This document shows, in pieces, positions 52,668 to 64,000 of a stretch of DNA of 64,000 nt. This stretch comes from Octopus bimaculoides (lineage: Eukaryota). How positions within the stretch are numbered: the stretch's first letter is position 1; each line of letters opens with the position of its first letter. The DNA is taken from assembly GCF_001194135.2 (NCBI RefSeq), contig NC_068990.1, forward strand, positions 78,503,141 to 78,567,140. The letters are read 5' to 3'. Below the pieces are notes generated by a model that had not been told where the DNA came from, made no database searches, and was given only the letters and a program-made list of their open reading frames with translations. A program made the translations under genes and the position numbers.

Positions 52668-53132
52668 TGTCTTCTGATTGATGTTGCAGCCCCAAGCAAC
52701 AAAAAAATATCTCTGAAAACATTAAAAAAAAAACTGGGCAAGTATAAGGACTTGGAGATTGAAATCAGAAGAATGTGGCATCTCAAGACAACAACATTAC
52801 CTCCTATTAATGGGGCATTTGGAATGACATCAAGTGGAGCAAATACACATGTAGACCAAATCCCTGGCAGCCCCAAAGCAACCAAATTACAAGAGATCAT
52901 ACTTATGCCCACCTCACATATTCTATATGAATTCCTCCCCATCTAAATGCAACTTTACTTATTCTGTGTGTTTTTTTCTTTTTTTTCATCTCCTACAGAT
53001 GTCAGTGTTTTCAGTTGCATGGCACCTCACCTGTCAGCATCTTTAGATGCAAAACCTTGTCTCCCTTGACAACCCTGGTTGAAAGTAAGCAAAATCAAAA
53101 CATAAGATGATGATGATGATGATGATGATGAT
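52668..53132 (+). mobile_element. 3' end of a further REL LINE subfamily, abutting the previous (AAT)n tail
   Basis: CLLIDVAAPSNKK..KYKDLEIEIRRMWHLKTTTLPPINGAFG..LQEIILMPTSHILYEFL; ends in (gat)n at 53106-53132. Confidence 0.85.
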
Positions 53133-53887
53133 GACAGTTTCTAATTGTAGGCACAACAGCAGAAATTTTGAAAGAATGGGTTAGATGATCCCATGAACTC
53201 TAGTACTTGACCAATACCTTACCCCACACCTCATTCTCTGGAAAGAAGAAAAACAAAGTTGATTTTAATTCAAGTCATTTTGTTTCATGTTTTAAAAATT
53301 GTAACAATTCCCTGCTCCGACAATAGCACAAAGTGATACATTTCAAGAAAGTTGGCACAGTTTTTTTTGTTTTTTTTTTTAAATAGACCCTGCTATTTGG
53401 CTGGTCCTTATTTCATCAACTTCAGAAACGTGAAAAGCAAACAGGATCAGTTGTCAAAATGTAAAGAAACTTAACAAAAAAAAAAAAAAATGAAAAGCTA
53501 CAAGATAATTTGTCTGCCATCATTCACTGTTATGGTTTAATGATACAGATTTTTAGTAAGGGCAGATGGAGGGGGCACAAATTTCAGAGCATGGCAAGAG
53601 TTCCTTCAATCAACTCCAGTACTGAATACTACAAGCTCTGCCAAGATAATTACAAGTTAATAAAACTCTACAAAATGGAATGTTTCACTGTCCTTGCCAA
53701 CCAATTGCATTAATGAGTGATTCTCTTTCTGTTACTGCAGCTCTTTTTTGTAATAAAGGCAAGCAACAAGAGTAGCAGCCACCCTTACACTTGACTCCAT
53801 AATTGCTGATGCTGCTGTCACTTGTATTACTGCAACAGCAGCAGATACAATCCTTCCTACCTGAAGCCAATTTCTTTCTCACACGCA

Positions 53888-53953
<66 letters not shown>

Positions 53954-54859
53954 CAATTCTTTTTTAAATAAACAAAACTATAAACAGTGGATATTACCGG
54001 CATTCTGAAGATTAAATGGATTAGAAACATTTCCTTAGAAATATAAAATAGGAAAAAGAATTTCAGTTTGGTCAGCAACAATCTCTTATTGAAGATTTTA
54101 TAAAAGTTTCCCACAAAACTAGGAAAAGGAAAAACTGATGAAGCAAGTCTACGGAGACTGTGAGAAATTTGACCCTTGTGTCAATAGTGATGGTGATACT
54201 GAAGAGAAAATTTAGCTGCTGTGTTTATATTAAATACTTCTGTTGATGCCAGGTACTGAAATGTGGCCAGTCTGGGACAAAGCAGAAATCAAATTGAGTT
54301 GGTTGTGTATAAAAATATTTCTATATATAAAAGTACACGTTCAATGTTTTAGATCACAATTGTTCACCAACTGAAAATTTACAAAAGCACAAATCTTTTC
54401 TTGAAGATGATGGACCCATCTAACTATCTAATACTTTCTATAAAAAAAAAAACTAATTTTCTTTGAGTTAAAAATTGTAATTTATTAATAATGAAGAATG
54501 CATAATTATTAGAGAAATAATTCAATTTTGTAAATTGAATATGAATAATATTAATAAATATCAGGGTCGAAGGTTAAGGTTATCAGATTGCAGTTAGCAG
54601 AGGTCAGTTTCTCTTAGGGACAACTCTATGCTTCTCTGTCTTTTGAAAGATGGCAGGGGAGGGGGTATTGTTTTCCATTAACCCTATAACTGAGAATGGT
54701 TGCTCTATGTTTTTTTTTGACAGCAGTTAATTTTTAAAAATATAATATAGATGCAAAAGTTGAATTAATAACTTTATTCAAAATGATTAGAAGAGGTTTT
54801 AAATCATATTTGCATATTCTTCAAAACAAAAATAGTTACTCTTTTACTTGTTTCAGTCA

Positions 54860-55045
54860 ACATCGCTTGACAACCGATGCTGGTGTGTTTACGTCCCCGT
54901 AACTTAGCGGTTCGGCAAAAAGAGACCGATAGAATAAGTACTAGGCTTACAAAGAATAAGTCCTGGGGTCGATTTGCTCGACTAAAGGCGGTGCTCCAGC
55001 ATGGCCGCAGTCAAATGACTGAAACAAGTAAAAGAGTAAAAAGAG
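54860..55045 (+). mobile_element. Young 5'-truncated SINE (3' half)
   Basis: CpG-rich catcgcttgacaaccgatgctgg...gcatggccgcagtcaaatgactgaaacaagtaaaagag; same family as 40738 and 50320. Confidence 0.9.
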
Positions 55046-55551
55046 TATTGTAATTTCTTTTAAACAGAATTTAAAAGAGAAAATTTAAAAAAGTGAAAAC
55101 GAAAATTAGAGTTATTGGAAAGGTGGAAAAGTGGGGAGGTTAAAAATTTGAAAAGCTGCTTTTTGAGCAAAATTGGGATCTCCTTTGTTGAAAATATAGA
55201 AATCAGAAGAAAAAGAAGGGAAAGAAAACAAAATGGGGTGAGGGGTGGGTGTGAATTTGACACACCCACCCCAGCTTATGATCAACAGCAATACCATCAT
55301 TATTTTCACAATATGTAACAATAATATCAATAACATTACCACACCCAACAATAACAGCTGCAATAACAACAACAACAACAGCAACTATCTGTTGAGTTTG
55401 ATCATTCAGATGATGATGATGATGAAGGGGGGGGGAGTAGCTTTTAATACAACAGAAGCTTTCTTTGGTTATTAGGCTTGTAAGGGGCTGACTTTGGTAC
55501 ATTGTGGGTGTTTGTGGGAGATCTTCAATGTCTGTACATGTGAGGAGGGGG

Positions 55552-55632
<81 letters not shown>

Positions 55633-56160
55633 GGTGAGGGGACGATTGTAATAAAATGAAAACAAAGTGTTTTTGTGTGTGTGACACAGAAAAACAAGTT
55701 AAAAGAGTAATTATGTGATTGCTTCTATTTTGTTATTTTATTCTAATGTCAATTGTCCCAGAATTGCACTTGTCATTTTTGATGAACTACCAAATTATGT
55801 GTGTGCGTGTATACACATAAGTATGTGTGTGTGTGTGTCTGCATGTGACTGTGTATTTGTGAGTGTGTCATTTCATTTTTGTAATTGCTGCTAAGTCTGG
55901 AGGAAGGGACATTGCCCATGAACTTTGCAACCCTGCTGCCACCCCCAACTGGAAATGTTCTGCTGCAGGTCAACACCTGCAGGAAAGAGATGGAGCAGTG
56001 GGGGGGGGGCAATGTAGTGAGGAGGAAGGAGTAGGTATAGTGGGGTTAGTGTGAGGCTGGGAAACGCAACAAGGGTGATGAGAAATGTGGAGGTAGAAGT
56101 GGGCTAACGGTAACCAAGTAGATCAGCCAGCTTTGTAGAACATCGTCATAGTAACAACAG

Positions 56161-56199
<39 letters not shown>

Positions 56200-56234
56200 G
56201 AGACAGCAGCAGTGGGGGGGGGGGATGCAGTGGG

Positions 56235-57425
56235 CCAGAGGCTGGAACTTGTCAGTTGTGAATTCACTTGAGCCTTGCAGTGTCAGAAGATGTTGGGATC
56301 TAAGATACTAAAGAAGGCCCAGTCTTTAAGGAACATCGTCATGGTTATGTTAAGGATGTACTTTCACCAGGAGAGATATTTGACAGTCATGAAAGCCAGC
56401 ATTTGGAGGGACCATGGGTAACCAAGTTGAGTCTAGAGGAGGCACAGTGTGGTGTGATGATGTTTTCAGGAGTTTTGTCTGAATATTTTTTGCTGCTAAA
56501 AAACAGAAAGTGACATGGGTCCATTAAAGGATGTTCTCAAGGTTTCCATTCATGGAATCAAAGTAGGTTTGGTGTGTGATGTCCAGGCTACATGTGGCTG
56601 ATGCATGATCAAGGAAGGTTAGAAAAGAATGACCAGCATAAAAGTGGAATTGTTGGATGTAGGGGTAAGGGAGTCATTGATGTCATCATCATCGTCGTTT
56701 AACATCCGTTTTCCATGCTGGCATGGATTGGACAATTTGACTGAGGTCTGGAGAGCCAGTGGCTGCACCAGGCTCCAAATCTGATCTGGCAATGTTTCTA
56801 CAGCTGGATGCCCTTCCTAACGCCAACCACTCCGAGAGTGTGGTGGGTGCTTTTTACATGCCCTATGTAAAGAGTCAGAGATAGAACTGAACTCTGGTAA
56901 ACACCAGAGTTGATTAAGAGTGGAGTAGAAAGAGCTGCAACATATAGTGCAATGGTGCAATCTAGTATGAAGCTATTGACCCAAGAATTGACAGCTGAGT
57001 GAAGTCTGGAGGCTGGAAGTTTAGAGAAAAGTTATGCATTCTGTAGATGGTGAAAGGCTTTAATGATGTCAAGAGAGACAACGGTGCTTTTACCAAACTT
57101 CTCCAAAGTGAGAACCCACTAAAGAATGACATAAGAGAATAGGTCTTTAATGGATCTGGCTCTGTGGAAGTCATACTGGTGATCCCTTTGAAATGGGACA
57201 ACTGAAGTATGCTTTCCAAATATGAGGGTATTTCCCTAGAGAGAGAAAGAGAGGAAGGGAGTATGGTGAGGAAAAAAAGGTCAAGTTCTGGGCTTTAGTA
57301 TTTGAGTGTAATGGAAACATTATCAGGGTTGATGGCTTTGTTGGTTTGAAACAAATGAAGATCTTTCCTCACTTAGAATGTACTTAGGTGAGATGGAAAT
57401 GGAGTGGGGTTCAACTGCACATAGC
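56235..57425 (-). mobile_element. Decayed L2/Crack-like LINE RT region, split by an RTE-tail SINE at about 56670-56862
   Basis: Minus strand gives NKAINPDNVS, WKAY..VVP, RARSI.DL, KSTVVSLDI.KAF, INSGVYQSSVLS, and after the SINE, INDSL..FYA (YADD region). Confidence 0.72.
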
Positions 57426-57467
57426 AAAGTTGCACTTGGATGCAAACTGGGTATCTGTCTGTCTGTT

Positions 57468-57507
<40 letters not shown>

Positions 57508-58329
57508 CCTCTCTCACTCTCTCTCTCTCTACACACACAGAGATAGAGAGAAGGTGTGTGTGAGCTGATACACATACTTCTCTCAAAAATAATAAAAAAT
57601 AAATAAAAACCTGATGGTTGAGGTTTGTAAACCTGATCTAGTTTTCCTATCATATTAATAGTTCATCTCACCAAAATGACAAATATGTATATCTAGTTTC
57701 CACTTCATGCTTAAGTGATTAAATGTTAGGAAGGGCACGAGAGAAATTAAATGGAATTCACAGAATTGAAACAGCAGGGTAGAGAGGGAGAGTTACATAC
57801 TTTAGTGTACATCTAAGAAGATACAACCCACTAATGAGCTAAATATCTAAGGTGTGTGAATATTTATCTCACTGATTCTTTGGTACAGCTGACCCCTCCT
57901 AAATTGTGGTCAATTTGAGTAAATTAATCTCTAAGAATGCCATACCATCCTTTCTCTCTACTAAACAAGACTATTTCATAAAGACTGTTTCACATAAACA
58001 TGTAATAAATCAAACCGTGTTTTCAATGTCTAGTTGGCATTACTTCATAACCAGTACAAAAAAATATTCATTAAACAATGATTATCCTGATTAAATTTCA
58101 GTGAATGAGAAGAATCAGTCATCTTTTTATTCGAATATATATTTGAATTGAGAAATGTCTCCATGTTAGAAGTTGGGTTATATCCTTAGAGCATAGAGAT
58201 ACTGTCACAGTCCAGCACTTACTTAAAATCATGACATTAGGCTTTTCTCAGTGGGTTTTTGCATTTCATAGCAGTCGCTGAGAGTTGTCATGATTGCCCC
58301 TGTTTTTCAAAGTCCAGTTTTTCTGGCTC

Positions 58330-58790
58330 AAACAGATTTCCAATATAACATAAGTCTATTCATTTGAATTCTATGGCACCTTGTCTGACAATTCAATCTG
58401 TAAACCTCCAAAGTCACTACATTAAATGCAATGTTTTTTCACGAATCTTGAAACCTAAGAATCTTAAAGTAAAAGAAAGAAGATTCTATGACCTCCATGG
58501 CTTAGGGACTTAAATGGTGTAAAACTGGTTGCATTAAGATACTGAAAGCAGTTGACCACCTTCAGCTAGTCTTTGAGAGCTTTGAACAGTGTTAACTCTG
58601 TTGCAAGTTTACAAAACAGACCATGTTCAATGGTTATTTTATCACCCATGTTCTTTGGCAACACTGACTTACAAATATTTAGCCAGGGCATTAGTTGCAC
58701 CAATCCCACCAGTATAGAAGGACCCAAAATGGTGATCGGCCCAATGTTTCTTACATCTGTATTTCCAGCTGCAACTTTTAAATCTTTAAT
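58330..58790 (-). mobile_element. Possible very old CR1-like RT fragment
   Basis: DVRNIGPITIL..IEHGLF..ATELTL loosely resembles NYRPISIL..QHGF..ST.T.L; weak. Confidence 0.3.
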
Positions 58791-60549
58791 GTTGGATGTG
58801 TCCAAATATATATTGTTTTGTTTTAAAGGTAATGAGGAATTCCTTGAGTTAAATTTGGTTATTATACTGAACAGGGAGAATTAACTGAAAATATACACCC
58901 AACTCATAGAAAGAAAAATTGTGATTGTATTATTGATAGCAATTTAGGATTGGCCTAACAAGAGAAGACAAAACAAAGGGAAAGAGAAAATAGTACAAGA
59001 GAAAATAGTACAAGAGAAAACAACTTTAAGAATGTTAAGAAAGGTAAAAATAATAACAGAATTCAAGTAGGTTTGGATATCTTCTTTTTTTACTTTGGTT
59101 AATGTAGGGGTTCCAGCAGGTCTTCAAATGAAATGCCTGAATATAACCTGCTGACCTGACTCTACTGACAGGTAAGATTAGCAAGTCAATAGTGATAGGT
59201 AAATAGAATGCCTTTCCCACCACCTGAGATTCTTTCAAGTTATATGAGAAGAGGTGCAAGGTGAGGAGGGGGGGTTGTTATATTTGTAAATGTTTACAGA
59301 GTGTAGGAGATAACAATAAGATTTATAGGAAAAAAAAAAAAAAAAAATTTTTCAGCAGCAGACTAGAATTTATGAAATTCACACCATTTGCAAGGACACT
59401 TAGCACTGTCAAGGTGAAAACAGATTCTTTCACAAAGTTAGAAGACAGTGTGGTCTCATTGACGATAGGGTGACAGCAATGATAGGGTAAAATGAACCCT
59501 GCTCAGGAAACTGTACAACTGAACCTTCTAAAACCCTTAAAAATCCCAGGGAGCAAGATGAGAGAGAGAGAGGAATCTTATTTTTTATCATCCCAGCACC
59601 CCATAACAGGTATCAAGAATAAGATGGCACCAAACTTTAGATATAATGAAGACATGCTGGGGTCCCTATTTTGACATTTTACTGGATCTTTCTCATAAAC
59701 AATGAGTTTTTTTCCTTTAAACCACTGAAAGAAAGGGATACAATTAATTAAACCAACCCCCTTTTTTATATGACTTATTTTAATAACACTAGAAATATGA
59801 AAACATGAATTTCTGCAAGATTTGAACTCAGAAATGGGAGAGATCAAACTAGAGTGATTTATTGAGGTTGGTCACAAGTTGACGCATTACAATAACGACA
59901 GGTGGGAGGGGGTTGATAAAAATATCCCTGGTACCTGACTTGTATCTGTTTCTATTAACTCAGGAGAAATGGAAGACAAAGTTTTCTGGGGTGGAGTTTG
60001 AACTTGTGCCAAAGAAACTATCACATTCCATAAATAGCTATCAAATCTTCTTACCCTAGTTCTCTCTCTCTTTCTCTCTCACACACACACACACACACAA
60101 ATGGTATTTAAAATACAAAATTGCATCAGTACATACCTTAGTGTTAAAAGCAAATAGTTCCAAGTCCCATAGCTTTTTTACAGCTAACCAGCTAAGTTGC
60201 TTCCTTGCTTGCTTGCTAGGCAGATAGGTAGGTAGATAAAAAAGTTGGTAAATAGGTAAGTGTCCAATCCAACAAGATGATACAATACCGCAGCCACTGC
60301 TGCTGGTGACAACAACAGCAGCAAAAGTAAAAGGCTCCACTGGCCCCACAAACACAAGCAGGGCCACAGGCACAAGTAGAAATATCCTTCTTGGTTACAA
60401 ATTGGCCGTTTTGACCTAGATTTTGCTTACAGCACATATCCAACACATTGTGACAGAGTTACCGCTAAGGTAAGGTGGTTGATGATGATAATGATGATGA
60501 TACAGTCTGGGCTTGGGGTGGGGGGGTTAAATCTCCAGTACCTTCCTGA

Positions 60550-60592
<43 letters not shown>

Positions 60593-61128
60593 GTAATAAT
60601 AATAATAATAGCAACAACAACAACCAAATAAACTGAGAAACAGGTAAATCAATCAATTCACACACTCAGGATGATAAATGAAGCAATATACACACATAAA
60701 TACATTAATATACATACATGAAAATATACATACAACTAGTTTGACATATATACAAGTAAATATAATGAAAATAGGGAGAAAAAGAAGCAACACCAGTCAC
60801 AAATATGTCAAAGATGATTAGACATACAAATATACAGTAGAATATATATACACATACACACCTATACGTAAACAGTATATACACTCACATGCAGTAACAG
60901 GTAAATAGTGTGTGTGTGTGTGAGTGCATGCATGTGTGTGCATGTGTGTGTGTGAGAGAGAGAAACACATAATAATACAGTTACTCAGAGATGTTATACA
61001 CACACACACACTACATACATATTACATATATTTATTAAATATATAATGTGTATGTGTGTATGGATGCATACAAATATATATATACATATATCAAATATAT
61101 ATATGTACAATATATATATATATATATA

Positions 61129-62029
61129 NNNNNNNNNNNNNNNNNNNNNNNNNNNNNNNNNNNNNNNNNNNNNNNNNNNNNNNNNNNNNNNNNNNNNNNN
61201 NNNNNNNNNNNNNNNNNNNNNNNNNNNNNNNNNNNNNNNNNNNNNNNNNNNNNNNNNNNNNNNNNNNNNNNNNNNNNNNNNNNNNNNNNNNNNNNNNNNN
61301 NNNNNNNNNNNNNNNNNNNNNNNNNNNNNNNNNNNNNNNNNNNNNNNNNNNNNNNNNNNNNNNNNNNNNNNNNNNNNNNNNNNNNNNNNNNNNNNNNNNN
61401 NNNNNNNNNNNNNNNNNNNNNNNNNNNNNNNNNNNNNNNNNNNNNNNNNNNNNNNNNNNNNNNNNNNNNNNNNNNNNNNNNNNNNNNNNNNNNNNNNNNN
61501 NNNNNNNNNNNNNNNNNNNNNNNNNNNNNNNNNNNNNNNNNNNNNNNNNNNNNNNNNNNNNNNNNNNNNNNNNNNNNNNNNNNNNNNNNNNNNNNNNNNN
61601 NNNNNNNNNNNNNNNNNNNNNNNNNNNNNNNNNNNNNNNNNNNNNNNNNNNNNNNNNNNNNNNNNNNNNNNNNNNNNNNNNNNNNNNNNNNNNNNNNNNN
61701 NNNNNNNNNNNNNNNNNNNNNNNNNNNNNNNNNNNNNNNNNNNNNNNNNNNNNNNNNNNNNNNNNNNNNNNNNNNNNNNNNNNNNNNNNNNNNNNNNNNN
61801 NNNNNNNNNNNNNNNNNNNNNNNNNNNNNNNNNNNNNNNNNNNNNNNNNNNNNNNNNNNNNNNNNNNNNNNNNNNNNNNNNNNNNNNNNNNNNNNNNNNN
61901 NNNNNNNNNNNNNNNNNNNNNNNNNNNNNNNNNNNNNNNNNNNNNNNNNNNNNNNNNNNNNNNNNNNNNNNNNNNNNNNNNNNNNNNNNNNNNNNNNNNN
62001 NNNNNNNNNNNNNNNNNNNNNNNNNNNNN
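61129..62029. other. Assembly gap within (TA)/(CA)-type microsatellite
   Basis: 901 N; the six ORFs of about 350-390 aa called here are artefacts. Confidence 0.99.
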
Positions 62030-62107
62030 ATATACACACATATATATATGCATATATATATACACATATATATACACACACACATATACATATACATATA
62101 TGTACGT

Positions 62108-62146
<39 letters not shown>

Positions 62147-62264
62147 ATAATATTAGGGATAACAATCCAAATTTACAGGTAAAAACTCAATTAAATTCAA
62201 TTTATCAAAAATTAAAATTAAATTAAGTTTCACTTTGGTTCTCTTATCTAAATTATATATATAT

Positions 62265-62720
62265 ATGTGTGTGTACAAACAGCCATGCTACATGGCAGTG
62301 AAACATGGGCTGTGACTGCTGAGGACATGCGTAAGCTCACTAGGAATGAAGCCAGTATGCTCCACTGGATGTGTAATGTCAGTGTGCAAGAGAGACGATT
62401 GCGTTGGTATGGTCATGTGGTGAGAATGGATGAGGATAGCTGTGTGAAAAAGTGCCACACCCTAGTGGTTTCAGGAACCTGTGGAAGAGGTAGACCCAGG
62501 AATTCCTGGGATGAGGTGGTGAAGCACGACCTTCGAACATTAGGCCTCACCGATGCAATGACTAGTGACCGAGACCTTTGGAAATATGCTGTGCTTGAGA
62601 AGATCCGTCAAGCCAAGTGAGACCATAACCTGCGGCCTTTTCCAGGAGTGTAACTAGCCCACTTATGCATACCTTTCCTTCATTGGACACTAAACTCTGC
62701 TTGCGAAGACCTGTTGAGGC
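62265..62720 (+). mobile_element. 5'-truncated RTE LINE 3' end
   Basis: CVQTAMLHGSETWAVTAEDMRKLTRNEASMLHWMCNVSVQERRLRWYGHVVRMDEDSCVKKCHTLVVSGTCGRGRPRNSWDEVVKHDLRTLGLTDAMTSDRDLWKYAVLEKIRQAK*; internal deletion near 62385 appears joined at a gtgtgca microhomology. Confidence 0.93.
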
Positions 62721-62927
62721 AAGTGGGCTGGTTACACCTCTGGCATAGACCACGGGTTATGGTCTCACTCAGTTTGCCGGGTCTTCTCAAGCACAGCATA
62801 TTTCCAAAGGTCTCAGTCATTAACATACATACACACACGTTTATGTATTTGTTTTGCAAGATTCCTGATGTGAAATCATGTGTTGAAACAAATATTGGGA
62901 TTTTTTTGCCAAATAATCACATGGACC

Positions 62928-63106
62928 ATACACTCCTTCTTCACTTCAGTTTTATTGTTGTTCTTATTTTAGTGTTCTCTGTGTGAAATCCTTTGTCACA
63001 CATCCTGTGACCTCTTCAGCAACTCTCCAGCCCACGTATCTCCTCCTGTTCTGTTTAGTCTATTGTCTTTCTGTAGTGTGTATCCTTATCTACACATGCA
63101 TTTGCA

Positions 63107-63158
<52 letters not shown>

Positions 63159-63281
63159 GGTTTGATAACTACATTGTTGGTTGCTGAAGAGATTACAAGA
63201 AATGTGACAAAAGATCTCAAACAAAGGACACTTAAATAATAATGATAATGATGATAAAGCTGAAGTGAAGAATGAGTATAT
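62928..63281. mobile_element. Inverted pair of about 100-bp repeats (Penelope pseudo-LTR-like) around a (TG)n tract
   Basis: 62928-63023 and 63180-63281 are reverse complements at roughly 75-80% identity by eye; each carries a CTGAAGAG-hairpin-AAA motif. Confidence 0.55.
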
Positions 63282-63652
63282 AGTGTGTGGCTATTTAACA
63301 AAAAAAAAAAAGACCATCCCAAAATCATCATCATCATCATTTAACGTCCATGTTCCATGCTAGCATGGGTGGGACGGTACCACAAGAGCCGGCCAGGCCA
63401 AAGCCTGCACTAGACTTTGTGACTGTTATGGCAGGATTTTTACAGCTGGGTGCCCATCCTAACACCAACCACTCAGCAGAATGGACTTAGTGCTTTTTAT
63501 ATGGCACAAGCACAGGCAAGGTCAGTTTCAGAAAGGTTTTTACAGATATAGATAGTGGTAAGTGCCAAGGCATACCCTTGAGGTTCAAACGCCATAATAT
63601 AAGTGACAGGATATTGCGAAGGGAGTGTGATTAAAGAGTGCGAGCAAGTGGC

Positions 63653-63801
63653 ATATACATACATATATATACATATACATATATATATATATATATATAT
63701 ACATACACATACATATATATACATACATATACATATACATACATATACATACATGTATATACATACATATATATATACATATATATATATATACATACAT
63801 A

Positions 63802-63855
<54 letters not shown>

Positions 63856-63856
63856 C

Positions 63857-63887
<31 letters not shown>

Positions 63888-64000
63888 CATACATATATAT
63901 ATACATACATATATATATACATATATATATACATACATATATATATACATATATATATACATACATATATATATATATACATACATATATATACATATAT
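63653..64000. repeat. Compound (TA)n/(CATA)n microsatellite
   Basis: Low-complexity tract to the window end. Many similar tracts occur elsewhere, e.g. (CA)n 23180-23230, (GA)n 26560-26610, (TA)n 48885-48942, (GA)n 55557-55630, (AAT)n 60550-60610. Confidence 0.98.

Noticed and set aside
54135-54190. CTGATGA...AGTCT-acgg-AGACT...GAAA hammerhead-like motif
   Set aside because: The stem II base does not close next to the core and no stem I pairing exists.
55963-55982. CTGCAGGT-caac-ACCTGCAG 8-bp hairpin
   Set aside because: An isolated short palindrome is expected by chance in 64 kb.
58566-58884. Overlapping 79-aa and 103-aa ORFs as a host exon
   Set aside because: Better explained as a decayed RT fragment; no consistent phase with the plus-strand donor at 49780.
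60994-62226. Six ORFs of 346-392 aa (also long ORFs at 8329-9276 and 29669-30356)
   Set aside because: They only span N-gaps and (TA)/(CA) repeats.

Overview
AT-rich, repeat-dense animal genomic DNA from a gapped draft scaffold (seven N-runs). The repeat content (RTE LINEs, tRNA-derived SINEs, very dense di- and trinucleotide microsatellites) suggests a coleoid cephalopod, probably Octopus; this is inference, not a database match. No prokaryotic system, CRISPR array, rRNA or true tRNA gene is visible. Nearly all listed ORFs are microsatellite, gap or antisense-transposon artefacts. Two plausible host exons face away from each other across about 1.7 kb of comparatively CpG-rich DNA: a minus-strand first coding exon (47823-47769, MEEREDIVKETMEKTDEE) and a plus-strand exon (49529-49779) encoding a signal-peptide-like leader with poly-Ala. 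Neither gene could be named. The rest is mostly presumed intron or intergenic DNA holding decayed RTE, R4/Dong-like (REL endonuclease), L2/Crack-like and CR1-like LINEs, a Gypsy integrase scrap, a Charlie/OC1-like hAT remnant, MITEs and SINEs. The most interesting unexplained structures are: (i) an inverted pair of Penelope-like repeats each carrying a decayed hammerhead-ribozyme-like motif (62928-63281); (ii) several compact fold-back elements that could form dsRNA (62563-62822, 54837-55038, 46715-47006); (iii) stacks of REL-LINE 3' ends in (TAA)n tracts; (iv) a PHD-like zinc finger embedded in RTE ORF2. All family assignments rest on motif recognition by eye and need confirmation by search.
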